Positions 13,351-26,256 are shown, counted from the first letter of the stretch. The stretch: 64,000 nucleotides of DNA from Octopus sinensis (GCF_006345805.1 NC_042998.1:108624001-108688000), one strand, 5' to 3'. Program-made: numbers and translations. The notes: a model not told the origin generated them from the letters alone.

Positions 13351-15224
13351 AAGCTTTACTTCTGTCAACCTCACTTACCTCTCACTACAACCTCTCCATT
13401 TCGCCTCTATATCAATCTAATCTTTCGACCTAATATATATTTATAAAAACTACCATTTTCCACATTTTGACCCTTCACCTTCTGAAGTGAATGCCGTGGC
13501 TCTCCTGCACGGAACTATCAAAAGCCGTTCTTGTTAATACTTTACTTTGAATTTATATATATTTACAATATTGCCTCAGTATTCCACCTGCTTTCATATT
13601 ATGTTATAGCAACCAGCCATTGACCATTGGGAACAGCTGTAAAGCTATGCCTTGATTACATCATATACATTGTATACACAACTTTTTCTATATACATTAA
13701 CTATGCATGCTATTTTTTGTCTGTTTTCTATTTCAACCACTCGATTTCGGTCATTCTTTTACCCGACTCTCCTGCGTCCAGATTATCTGATGAAAATGTT
13801 GGAATTCAATTTTCTGATCTCTCTCAGAACTAATTAGTACTATCTATGTCACACTTAAGCTAGCATTTTGCAACCCTATACATACATATATACATAGATA
13901 CATACATACATACATACATACATACATACATACATACATACATACATACATACATGCATACATAAATACATACATACATACATACCAGCAAACTTCCACG
14001 CACGCGCGCGTATACGCATCAATAATACTTTCAGATTTAATCTAATGCGGTAGCCTATGTGATTTGTTGAACCTCCAGAAATAGCAGATAAATCTCCCTT
14101 AAATCAAACCCTACCAATTTAAAAATAAAGAGCTCATTGTATAATACAGTTATAGAAATAACTATTCTGAAATAAAAAGAAACTAACTGGATAATTTATT
14201 TAGAATGTAGTGTCTGTGGTAGGCTGGATCAGGGCTGACTAGATAAAACAACATCTGTTGTTACATAAATTCACAAGGATTTGATAAGTTATTTTTCTCC
14301 AAACTTCTTTAGTGCTCATTTTAAATGCAAGAGTTGAAAAACATTGTCTCTGCTTAATGATTGCTGCGCGGGGTGACTTCGAAATAATTCTATAAATAAT
14401 ACCATGCTATTCTTTTATTGATTATTGTGATGTTCCTGCATCAATGAAAATCTTGTGTAGCATTTTCTCTACTATTATTGTTCTGCTCAGCACAAATTTT
14501 GATAAATATATTTCTCAGAATCGTTCCTGTTGAATAGGCTTTCTGGAAATTTTGTCTGTAACATCTAACTGGCCAGGATATTTGATGTTCCATAAGAATG
14601 TAACTCTGTCCAAAGATGGTGGGAGATTTATCCCAAGTTCTTGCAACCGAGTAGACTCCGCTAAAGTTACCCAAAGTGCAAAGTTCGTTAAACAAATCAT
14701 TGGCTTAAAGTTGCCACTCAAGTTGGGAAATGCGAGATTCGAACACAGAATGCAAAGAGCCGGAAGAAATATCGGAAGTTGTCTGGTCCAACGTTCTTAA
14801 AACACTTCTGCTACGCCATCTCATTAGTACATGTATTTTTTTTACCCTCCAGTGAAAGGCAATTCTCATGGAATTTCTTATGGTGTGCATAGGATGGCAG
14901 AACAAATACTATGAGGCATTATATCCGACGCTTTAATGACCCTATACCGAAACAATAACTAACTTCTTTTATGAAATCGAAGAAAATATTTCCACATCTC
15001 TCACTCTGTACCCACTCCTTACAAACATATACTCTCTCTCATCCTACTTCATCACCCTTTTTACACAACCAGTTCTCCTCTCTGCTACATTCCACCTATT
15101 TTTATTTATGTTACTTAACCTACTGAGGGAAAACACAGCTAAAAATCTATGTAAAAGCCTGAAAGAAAAATGTAAGCCACATTCTAATAACGGCGTGTAA
15201 ATCGACACTTTTCAGTGATCGTCA

Positions 15225-15520
15225 GGGTAAAGACCCCCATCGGTAATGAATGACCATGGGATTGCACCAAGAAAGTTACTCTTCGAGGCACAAGTTCGGG
15301 CAAGGTTGTTTGTGGAAGACCAGAGGCGCCCATGGATACCAGCCTCCCCTCTCCATGCCAGCGATGTTATCCAAGGGAAAGGCAAAAGCTAATTACAGCT
15401 TGGCACCAATGACGTTGCAACTCAATACTACAGCTGAGTGAAGCAACGTGAAATAAAGTGACTAGCTCAAGAGCACAACACACAGTCTGTTCCGGTAATC
15501 GATCTAATTACCAAATCACT
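15225..15520 (-). mobile_element. SINE family C (5'-truncated)
   Basis: Shares gcttggcacc..gacgttgcaactca..acagctg..gctcaagagcacaacac with the copies at 44275 and 49742. Confidence 0.75.
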
Positions 15521-15539
15521 AGGCTCTCAAATAATAAGT

Positions 15540-15630
15540 CCTGTGGTCCATTTGTTCGACTAAAGGCGGTGCTGCAGCATGGCTGCAGTCAAATGACTGA
15601 AAGAAATAAAAGAATAAGAATAAAAGAAAT
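15540..15630 (+). mobile_element. SINE family B 3' tail
   Basis: ttgttcgactaaaggcggtgctgcagcatggctgcagtcaaatgactgaaagaaataaaagaataagaat. Confidence 0.8.
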
Positions 15631-16309
15631 AGTTCAAATTTATAGAAAACAAAAGACTAAGACAAGTGTAGGAACAACAAGCAGGTGTATTAGTTTAACA
15701 CTAGGGAAAAGTGGACAAGTCTTTTACGTTCCGAACCTACGCTCTTCGACAGAAAGGATTGAGACACAAAAAATGGAGAGAGAATGAAAAAGAAAAAAAA
15801 ATGACGAGAAGAAGAAAGTCAGAGTTCAATGGTCCCACATAGTGAGATGACTGGAAAAAAAGAAGTTGACTGAAAGGGAGATAATAATAATCGTGTTATT
15901 TTTATTTTTGAAAATCAGTGGAGAAAGATTAATAGAAGATTGAAAGCAGCGTAAGAGAAGCGAGGTAAGGTGTTTTTTAGGCGGTGGTGAAGGGAGAGGA
16001 GGAAAGATTTATAATTAGACATGCTTGAAAAAGGAGAAAAAAGGAGAGAAAGCGATAATATTAATCTTTGATTTTATATAGGTATATACATAAAAAAGAA
16101 TTACTCATTTGAAGGATCATGGATCGCTGAATACTTTTTAGTACATACAGTTTATATCTTTAATGAGAAAGGTTAACAATCACTGCATGGCTGTGGTTAG
16201 AGCGTCGGGTTCACAATCATTTGGTAGTGAGATTGTTATCCAATATAGTGTGCACATTCTAACATGAAATGTTCAAGTTGTATCCAGATTTTGTAAATAA
16301 AAGTGTCTG

Positions 16310-16620
16310 TTTTTCGAGCGCAGGATGGACATCCGTCAGCCGCGCTAAACTGACCAGATTTAGAAAGACAGGCAATTTTTGGTTCACCTTTTCTAGCACC
16401 TCCCCAGCCTCCGAGTGAGCAGTGCCCTCTCTAACAGGAGCTGCTCAGACACCCATGCAGCAACCGAATCCTACCGCTGTCTTGGGCAACAATGTGACGA
16501 CTTTATATCTAGCATGGGCCGCCTACGTACAGGTCGCTGACTACATGCTTCTAACTCGGCAGGTCTGCATGCTTCCCCGCCTCCCCATCGCCGCAGGACT
16601 TCCGAATAAAACTGAAATAA
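16310..16620 (+). mobile_element. GC-rich repeat resembling an RTE-clade 5' UTR, ending in an A-rich tract; no ORF follows
   Basis: caggcaatttttggttcaccttttctagc...ccccatcgccgcaggacttcc resembles RTE 5' UTRs from recollection only; not verified by search. Confidence 0.4.
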
Positions 16621-16759
16621 ATATATACTAAAAATAAATAAATATATAAATACATACTAAAAGTAAAGATACATATTTACTGAAAATCAAATAAATATAT
16701 ATAAGAAAAAAAGCAGCACATATCGAATAGAGATCAGCAATGCATGTGCAGAGTTTTAG

Positions 16760-17205
16760 GTCCAATAAGTCTTGCATGACACCTTATAGACCCTCTCCAC
16801 TTTATTGACATTATCCAGAGACCAGTCAGAGCAAGTTGTCTGGTTCCAATATGAGTTGCAGGCTCAGGGTTGTGGGAGCGCCATAATCTCCAGCATAAAT
16901 CAAAGGTCCTCAAAATGTCCAATGCCATTCTTTGCGTATCTGGTTTTATATCAGAGTGCCATTCTCCTAGAGACGTGCTTCAACAGAAGCTGAGGGGTGC
17001 TTCACTTCCAGCGTGCTGAAAAACCTGCACTAGGTTCATCCGACCTTTCAATAGGTCTTGTTTTTAATCCTGCTGGGTTTCTAACAATCCTCCTCACCAG
17101 GGTAGCCTGGTGGGGATGCCGGTTTAGTCGCCGACAACCCAACCATGCAATAGGTTGTACTTGATTCCGTGCTACCAGTAGCACTTATGAGAGCCTCATA
17201 TGTGA
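16760..17205 (+). mobile_element. Second RTE-like 5' UTR fragment without ORF
   Basis: ccagggtagcctggtggggatgccggtttagtcgccgacaacccaaccatgcaataggttgtac...accagtagcac...tgacctgac; RTE-like by recollection, then runs into (ATGT)n. Confidence 0.45.
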
Positions 17206-17235
17206 CCTGACATGTATGTACCTATGTACATACAT

Positions 17236-17870
17236 TCATACATATGGTGGGTTTCTTTCAGTTTCCTGTTACCAAATCAACTCACAGGACTTTGGTCGGC
17301 CCTGGATTATAGTAGAAGACATTGACCCAAAGCCCCTATCCACAACTGTACATAAGTGTGTGGGGGGAAGGAGAAACATAGAGAGAGAAAGAGAAAGAGA
17401 AAGAGAGAGAGAGTTGGGAGCGAGAGAGAGAGAAAGAGAGCGTGTGTGTGTGTGTGTGTGTGTCTGTGTGTGTGTATTATATTTTACTTCAGTCATTAGA
17501 CTCCGGGCATACTGGAGAACAGTTTTGAAGATTTTAGTCGAGCAAATCAACCCTCGTTATTATTTTTTCAACCTCGCACTTATTCTGTTGGTTTCTCTTT
17601 ACCAAAACTCTTAATTATGTTTACGGAAACAAACCAACACCTGTCATCAAGCGGTTGTGGTGGACAAACAAAAATGCACACATACATCGATATATTTACA
17701 TTCAGCAGAATTCTTTCATTTTCCATCTGCCAAATCTATTCACAAGGCTTTTGTCGCCTCGGAGCTATGGTAGACGACACTTACAAAATGTGTTACACAG
17801 TGGGATTGAACCACAACCAAGTGGTGGTGGGAAAACTTCTTACCAGACAACCATATACACTCATATATAT
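17236..17870 (-). mobile_element. Two SINE family B pieces (17236-17360 and 17490-17870) separated by GA/GT microsatellite
   Basis: tttctttcagtttcctgttaccaaatcaactcacaggactttggtcggcc and caaatctattcacaaggcttttgtcgcctcggagctatggtagacgacactt match the reverse complement of family B. Confidence 0.75.
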
Positions 17871-18093
17871 GTACACACATATGCTTATACATATGCATAT
17901 ACATACACCCATCTATGAATGTACATTCAAATACATATGTATGTATGAATGTGTTATCTTTTACTAGGAAAAAGAAGAAGAGTTAGTAACAGAAATAGCA
18001 AGAATGGAAAACAGTACAAAAAAGAAATAAAGAAAAATATGAAAGAATATATATATAATATATATATATAAATAAATAAATATAAATAAATAA

Positions 18094-18183
<90 letters not shown>

Positions 18184-19654
18184 TAAATGTTACGTGAACG
18201 ATAATATTTGAAAACAATAGTTTATCATCTAGCTTCGTGTGTGTGTGTAACTGATAAAATAAATATAAATTACGATAAATTTAGTTTCATTTTCGTTTAA
18301 ATACTAACGACTTTAGAGCAAAACATTTCATTATCATTACAATTCGCCTGCATTGAGCATTCATTCCCACTATGTTTGCGTAATCGATGTGAAACATTAC
18401 ATTTCATTCTACGCAAGATAAGATTTGCTAAGCATTTAGAATAAACTTTCAAATACAAAAGACAATGAGAACGACTAAGTAGAGACACTACTACAGCAAG
18501 AGAGTAGAAATGCTTTAGATATTTTCTTTCCTCTACAATTTGATCTTTTATACTTTTAAGGTTTTTCTTTCGTTTCTTCCTATACATATACGCTGTTACT
18601 AAAAATGTGTCATCAGTGCTCTTTATAAAAAAATAAATTAAAAGACTATTTCATTAAGCATTATGAGACAAATGCAAGCAGAAACATAATGACTCCAGTT
18701 CGTGTCGAATGATTTACAAAGTATAAATCTTATAAATTGGAACAAAGTCAAGAGCTTCGAATGCTAAAGCGTTACTCACAAATAAGTATATATCATTATA
18801 TATATTGAAGATTAAAAAGCTCTTTCACCTCATGTTACTCTTCATTTTTACTTTCCAATCTGTTTATGTATTAAACTAAAAGCTTTTTTTTATCGTACTT
18901 TGTTCTTTCACTGTAGTTCTTGCAGTGTTGTTTCATTTTTAAAACTGTTTGTAACTTTAAATTTTAAGCTGAGGTGTCGTAGACGTATTTTAAGCTGAAT
19001 TTTAAAATCATGTGTGCGAAACAGTAAATCAACAGATAATAAATTAATATAGTTCTTTATGTTATATAAAAGGAAGTGAATGATAAATAAAGTAAGAGTA
19101 CATCATTCGCGTATTGCAATTAGGATATTTCGGAATATACTATCACAATCATTCTCTTAAGTGCCATTGCATCATTTATGCTCAAATCCTTTACAGTGAT
19201 TCTAATTATCATTTACTCGATTTAATGAACTAAATATGATGTGTGCATGAAGAGAAGCAGGATTGATAAAAATTCCCACTGGTTTACAATATAATGGTCG
19301 AATATATGATAATAACTGACTATGTTAATATTTAAAGAAGAAACTTATGCAACAATGTTGACAGTTTAAAGAACGAAAATATTCGATAATAAAAACATTT
19401 TTATATTACATTAGTCCGACGCAATTTGAAATAAATTCAACTTGTGAATTATTGGGAAACATAAATATCAGTATTTCTATTCTTTATTTCTTAAAGAATA
19501 TTTAAAAACAGTTTACATGTCTTATTATTTTATATTGCAGCAATAGTTACAAGTAACTTGGAAACTAGCGACGCTCTGCGACGTAAAAAATTAATTATTT
19601 AATATATAGTTCAAGATATAAGGATATTAAATTTACTGTGAGAAAATGCTGCGA

Positions 19655-19860
19655 TCTAATAGAACGGTTAGTACGCCGGACAAAATGCTTAGTGGCATTT
19701 CGTCCATCTTTATGTTGTGATCTTAAATTCTAGCGAAGTCGACTTTGCCTTTTATCCTTCAGTGTGAATAAAATATGAACCAGTCAAAAACAGGGGCCTA
19801 TGTAATCAACTTCTCTCCCTCCCCTCAAAAACTCCTGGTCTTGTGTCAGTATTTGAAACC
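19655..19860 (+). mobile_element. Older SINE family A copy
   Basis: ttagtacgccggacaaaatgcttagtggcatttcgtcc...gtcgactttgccttttatcc. Confidence 0.7.
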
Positions 19861-19865
19861 ATTAA

Positions 19866-20362
19866 GACGGTGAGCTAGCAGAAACGTTAGCACGCCGGGC
19901 GAAATGCGTAGCGGTATTTCGTTTGCCGTTACGTTCTGAGTTCAAATTCCGCCGAGGTCGACTTTGCCTTTCATCCTTTCGGGGTCGGGTCGATAAATTA
20001 AGTACCTATTTCTTTACTACCCACAAGGGGCTAAACACAGAGAGGACAAACAAGGACAGACAAATGGATTAAGTCGATTATATCTACCCCAGTGCGTAAC
20101 TGGTACTTATCTAATCGGCCCCGAAAGGATGAAAGGCAAAGTCGACCTCGGCGGAATTTGAACTCAGAACGTAGCGATAGACGAAATACGGCTACGCATT
20201 TCGCCCGGCGTGCTAACGATTCTGCCAGCCCACCGATAAATTAAGTACCAGTTACGCACTGGGGTCGATAAATTAAGTACAAGTTGCATACTGGGGTCGA
20301 TGTAATCGACTGGACCCCTCCCCCTAAATTTCGAGCCTTGTGCCTAGAGTAGAAAAGAATAT
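19866..20362 (+). mobile_element. SINE family A copy interrupted by an antisense copy of the same family
   Basis: Host body 19866-20006 resumes at 20250; 16-bp duplication cgataaattaagtacc at 19991-20006 and 20234-20249. Confidence 0.85.
20007..20233 (-). mobile_element. Full-length SINE family A copy nested in antisense orientation
   Basis: Reverse complement begins ggtgggctggcagaatcgttagcacgccgggcgaaatgcgtagcc and ends gggtagtaaagaaata; flanked by the 16-bp TSD. Confidence 0.9.
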
Positions 20363-20743
20363 TTGAAACCGCGAGAACTCTAACATCTTGCTTCTGTTTT
20401 TCACTCGAGGGTGGTGAAAAATTGAAGCTGAAGGATCGATTTGATAGAGTTGGCCAAACAGACGGTTGTTGTAAGAGAGGGGATAGCCAAGGAGGCGAGG
20501 TGGAAAAGAGCCAAAAAGTTGGATTGGAAAATAGAATGGTAAAATAACTTAAATAACTACATTAGGCATGTAGCTACTATGACAGGAAGCTGGAAAAGAA
20601 TAATATCTCAAAGAATAGCGATTAAAGAGTAAGGATTACAAATCAAAGGATTGTGCACCAGACACAAAGCAGCAAAACGTGGGCGAAAATATATATGCAA
20701 CTACATTTATAAATATATACAATTATATACACAGGCACAAGTA

Positions 20744-20784
<41 letters not shown>

Positions 20785-21635
20785 TTAAATAAAACATGTA
20801 CATTTCGAAAATATAATGAACCTGCTGGATTTTGTAAAGAGAAAGGAACAGTAAGAAGGTGGAAGAAGTCTGGAGTTAGTTAAGAATCAAAAAGTTATTG
20901 TTTAATTTACGTCATCATTGTTATTGATTGTGTTCTTATTTATCACACAAAGTACTTTGTTGTAACAAGTTAATTACAAACTAAATTACAACTTCAAACG
21001 AAATAATCTTCTTGTGAATTTTTGCAATAGCAGCGAACAATACTTGACAGCAAAAGTTCTCATGGCAAAAATGTTTACGGCGAAGACACCTATAAAGCGA
21101 AAATATTTATAATGAACGTACTTGCTACGGAAATCTAAACAAGCTCCGATTATGAAATCATTTTGTACCAGTCGATGTAAACTGGCTCCAGCTCAGTTCT
21201 AGCTGTAAAATAATTATATACGATGATGGAGCATTAACAGGATGGAAATTTCTTCAATGCGAAGAAATGAAGAAATGGCATTGTTACCGTGCCAAAGAAA
21301 AATACTAAATTATTTAACAGTTAATGCTTCTTCCGAGTTGCCACGCAGTCCAATTACAAAAGTATTTGAACATCTAACATATTCTATTGAATATCTTGCA
21401 GTATAACATGATTTTACGATAACAGTAAATGGCATCGTCACTCACCACATTTCCAATACATGTGAGTGCGGGAGTTCGAAGTCATGTATGCGGCCACAAT
21501 CAATCTGATCTCACATATACTTATTTATCCTTAAGCAAAGCTACTCAGTGTTTACTATCATCCTCTACCGCACATCGTCCTCTACCGTTCAACGAACCGC
21601 GCAATCAATCAATCAATCAATCAATCTATCTATCC

Positions 21636-21740
<105 letters not shown>

Positions 21741-21754
21741 GCCTTTCTGTCTTC

Positions 21755-21819
21755 CTTTTATTAAAGCTGCAAAATTATCACCAAAGAGTTTGGTGATAAT
21801 TTTGCAGCTTTAATAAAAG
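21755..21819. repeat. Perfect 31-bp inverted repeat with 3-nt loop
   Basis: cttttattaaagctgcaaaattatcaccaaa-gag-tttggtgataattttgcagctttaataaaag. Confidence 0.95.
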
Positions 21820-21919
21820 CATATTACTATCCCTTTGGTATTCGAGTGCAATTTTCTTCCACCTTGTTTTGCATTTATGCACTTACTTGTGTGTGTGTGT
21901 GTGTGTATGTGTGTGTGAA

Positions 21920-23806
21920 ATCTTAAGCCATGAGTCAGTTGTGGATGAAATAGTGATTGATTCTATGCAATAAATACCTATCATTGACTACTTAAATTCA
22001 ACGTCCCCATTACATTAGGTAATGACATCAATAAGTAAATTGAATATTGGTAAGATGCCTGGAAGGGATGGAATTTGTGCTGAGGTCTTGCGATTTGGTG
22101 GTGACTACATCATACAGTCCCTTCATAAACTTACTAGTGTAGTCTGCAGAGATGGTGCAACGCCTAAGGACTGGAATGATGCAATTATACTCCCTCTCTA
22201 TAAAGGAAAAGGAGCCAGAACAATGTGTGGTAACTACAGAGATATTGCTCTGCCATCAGTTGTTGACAATGTTCTGGCAAATATTCTTCTTAGCCACCTG
22301 AATGGGTGTCTCGTAAATGATGTCCTATCAGAATCTCAATGTGGCTTCCGATCTGGTAGAGAACAATGTATATGATTTTCACAAGACATATGCAGAAGTG
22401 CTATGAGCAGAATATAGATCTTGTCCAGGTATTCATTGATTTAATGAAGGCCTTTGATACTGTGAATAGGGCCTTGCTATGGAAGATACTTGGTAAACAT
22501 GGATGTCCGGATCACTTTGTATCTATAATTAAATCATTTCATGATGGGATAGAGAATTGAGTCAACGTTGGTGGTGGCATGGTGGGAAGAGAATTGTGTC
22601 AAGGAGGGCGACATCCTTGCTCCAACTCTCTTTTCTTTGTACTTTGCTGCTGCTTTTACTCATGCTTTTGCAAAGGTTAGCTCTCTGTGAATATATGTCA
22701 GCTATCGATCTTCTGGCCGCCTCTTTAATCTGCGCCGATTTGCTGCCAATGCAAAAGTTTTCCAGTCTCTTATTCGTGACCTTTATGTAGATGACTGTGA
22801 CTTAGTTTGCCATACAGTGGATGACATGCAAATATTTATGAATCGTATTTCTGCTTCTTGCAAGGCATTTGGACTCAGTATTAGACTGGACAAGACTGTT
22901 GTAATGTTCCAGCCTTCACCATAAATTCCATATGTGGAACCAACTATCTTATATGAAGGAACAATTCTGAGAGTGGTAGACATGTTTGTCTACCTAGGCA
23001 GCACACTCAGCCGTTCTTGCTCTCTGGATGATGAAATATCTTTCAAGCTTCACAGAGCAACTGATTTCTTCCGGTCTCTTCCTTCTCGTGTCTGGTCTCA
23101 GCATGGCATCCCAAAGCAAACAAAAATTGCTGTGTACCGTGCATATGTACTGACATCGCTCCTTTACTCATATGAGACATGGATCCTTTACAAACGTCAT
23201 GTAAGGGTCCTTAAACGCTTTCATCAGAGATGTCTCAAACAAATTCTGAATGGTGGCTGGACCTTAGAAACTCCAGACAGGCAGGTCCTGAGGACAGCTG
23301 ATATCTTGAGTATTGAGGCGATGGTGCACAAACATCGGTTACGTTGGACTGGACACTTTAGTAGAATTAAGGATAGGAGGATCCCTAAGCAGATGCTGTA
23401 TGAAGTACTTGTTAACGGAAAAAGACCCGGCAGAAACCAAGACTGCGATTTAAGAACTCTGTCTAGTCCTCATTAAAGACCTGTGATATGCAGGAGACTG
23501 ACTGGGAAAGCAATGCCTGTCATCGCCACAGATGGAGGAAGCATGTTAAGGAGGGGGTCGACACCTTTGAGAGAGCACGTATTCTGCATGAAGAACTTAA
23601 ATGTGCTACTGCAAAGTACACTGCACGGTCTGGTGAATGGGGAAAGTTAGTTTTGCAATGTTTGCAGTCGTGTATGCTTGTCAAGAGTAGGGCTCATTAG
23701 CCATCAACGGAGCCGCAAATTCAAAATATATGTTAGTCCTAGAGCGCAAATGTTCCTGAAGGTCAGCAATGGTCTTCCTCGGTCACAAGTGGACGGCCAT
23801 CATCAT
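21920..23806 (+). mobile_element. RTE-clade (BovB-like) LINE, 5'-truncated, with frameshifted RT
   Basis: GKMPGRDGICAEV, WNDAIILPLYKGKG, CGNYRDIAL, ESQCGFRSGR, VFIDLMKAFDTVNR, LYVDDCDL, YLGSTLSR, RLRWTGHFSRIKDRRIPKQMLY; ends ggacggccatcatcat before (ATGT)n. Confidence 0.92.
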
Positions 23807-24309
23807 GTATGTATGTATGTATGTATGTATGTATGTATGATGTATGTATGTATGTATGTATGTATGTATGTTTCTATCTATCTAACTGCTTACTTCCCCA
23901 CATTTCTATTTTATTCATTTTTGAGCGAATCGATCACACTCAAAACATCTAAGTCAGCACACTAGATGAAGAGCAGCGTATTATGTTGTGGTTCTGATGC
24001 GGTGTTGCTGTTCACGCATATGTTACCAATCCCAGCATGATTTGAACAGTAATATAAGACGTTGAATAAAAATATTATTTAATAAAAGTGATTGCTACCA
24101 GCAGGTAATTCGCTCTGCATTAGTCCCTCTCTATTTTATAATGTGACTAACAAGTTTTCTTTCGGCAGAACTCAAGATAGTTTCTAAGCAAGTTTTGTGT
24201 TTAAAAATCATACCGGTTCAAATTCAGACTAACTGATATTATTTTCATAATAAAGGTTACATTCTATAATATACTTACATATAACATATAAACAATAATA
24301 ACCTTACTA

Positions 24310-24515
24310 CTATATGCACAAGGCCTAAAATTTTGTGGGAAGGGACTAGTCGATTACATCGACCCCAGTGTTTCACTGGTACTTAATTTATCGATCCCGA
24401 AAAGATGAAAGGCAAAATCTACCTCTGTGCAATATGTAACTCAGAGCGCAAAGACAGACGAAAAATCGCTAAGCATTCTACCCGGCGTGCTAAGGATTCT
24501 AGCAGCTCACTGCCT
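24310..24515 (-). mobile_element. SINE family A copy
   Basis: gtcgattacatcgaccccagtg...gatgaaaggcaaa...cccggcgtgctaaggattctagcagctcac is the reverse complement of family A. Confidence 0.8.
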
Positions 24516-25285
24516 TGATAATAATAATAGTAACAACAACAACAATAATAATAATAATCCTTTCAACTAAAGATACAAGTCTAACCGTCATGGCTACCAG
24601 TGAGTTAAGTATGTTTTCACTCAGTCAGTGCAAGGAATATTAAAAAGTAACTTGTGAAATTAAGCAGCAAGGAAAAAAGAAACAAACAATAACATTCCAT
24701 GGCAAATATTTAATTTATTTATACAGGTTGGCTTGTACTTCAGATGACTTCGGATATATTTCGGTATTACTTGACAACATCAACTATCACTGTACTTGCT
24801 GTAAAATAATTGCAGAAATTTTGGTTGTCATAGCGAAAAATACAATCTAGAAAATGTAATTTTTGCTGCAAAGAGTAATCTGCAGATATTCAGACAAGGG
24901 TTCCGGCGAAATCAATTTCAGTGGTGTGGATGGGGTGTACACGTTCCGAGTACTGCACATTCTCTCCTGACTAACTCATCAGAACAAATTGCGATTTCAG
25001 TAATTCTGGATGGAGTACCACCACAAAGTGTTGCACTATTTTAATCGTAGAATATTTGCCTTCAATATTTGCTGCTCTCTCTGATTTTTTTTGTATTGTT
25101 TTGTTTTTCTAATACACCGGGATTGCTTTTACTTTTAATATTCTTCTTGTCAAATGTAATTCTATGTTTTCAAATATTACGTCAATTCATTTGAAGTTGA
25201 TATATCAGTGAAAAGCTGAAAGTTCTAGACTGATTGTTGGTTGCTCACCAAGGTTGTTCATGTACTTTAAAAAGAAATCTGTCAC

Positions 25286-25536
25286 TATGGACTTTAGAAA
25301 GAAATCTGTCAAGTTTCTCATTACAAATTCCAATGTTGTCACAATCAGGTTTCTTATTATTTGATGCTAACAATAAAAATAAGGATCTTTTAGAAACTAC
25401 AATAGCTTTAGAGAAGCCTTTAGCTGAAGTTGATGAATATTTCAAATAGTGAATGTATGTGCGTGTATCTTCGTGTGTTTTTGTATATACACGCTTATAT
25501 GTGTGTGTGTATGTATGTATGTATATGTATGTGCGC

Positions 25537-25613
<77 letters not shown>

Positions 25614-26209
25614 TATGCATGTGCATGTGCGCGTGCGCATGTGATTGTGAAGGAGTGTGGCAAAGTGGTTAGAGTGCATTCACGAAAATACGATCGAGGT
25701 TTTTGATTCCCGGATCGGGCAACACGTTGTGTTCACATCATTTCACGTTGCTCAAGTCGATTTAGTTGTAAATGAGCAGCCCTGCGACAGAATGGCATCA
25801 TGTTCAGGGTGATAGTTATGACTTATTTCGGTTACTTATGCGTAATGGAAACTGCGTAATCGGCCCTATGAGTTCTAGGATTCGAGGCAGTAGTGTCCAA
25901 AGGTTAGCCTGGAGTTATGCTTTCATCAGTAAACGTAACATATTTCTTCAGTCAACTATCCTCGAAACCTTTACTTGGAAATATTTCGGCTTAATGGTTT
26001 CAGCTGAGTGAAATTAAACTTTATACACTTTATAAACTTTATGGACTTTAGAAAGAAATCTGTCAAGTTTTTCATTACAAATTCCAATGTTGTCACAATC
26101 AGGTTTCTTATTATTTGATGCTAACAAAAAAATAAGGATCTTTTAGAAACTACAATAGCTTTAGATCAGCCTTTAGCTGAAGTTGATGAATATTTCAAAT
26201 AGTGAATGT
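25286..26209. repeat. ~170-bp direct repeat (25286-25456 and 26040-26209) flanking microsatellite + SINE
   Basis: The copies differ at about four positions by eye. Confidence 0.9.
25645..25885 (+). mobile_element. Degenerate SINE with family C-like tRNA head and a different 3' part
   Basis: gtgaaggagtgtggcaaagtggttagagtg...catttcacgttgctcaagtc...gccctgcgacagaatggcatc. Confidence 0.6.
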
Positions 26210-26256
26210 GTGGTACTGAAAAGTGCTTTCTGTACGTTACCACAAAGACTCTCCCT

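Noticed and set aside
13785-13820. CTGATGA followed by an AAAT/ATTT stem
   Set aside because: The GAAA half of the hammerhead core is missing.
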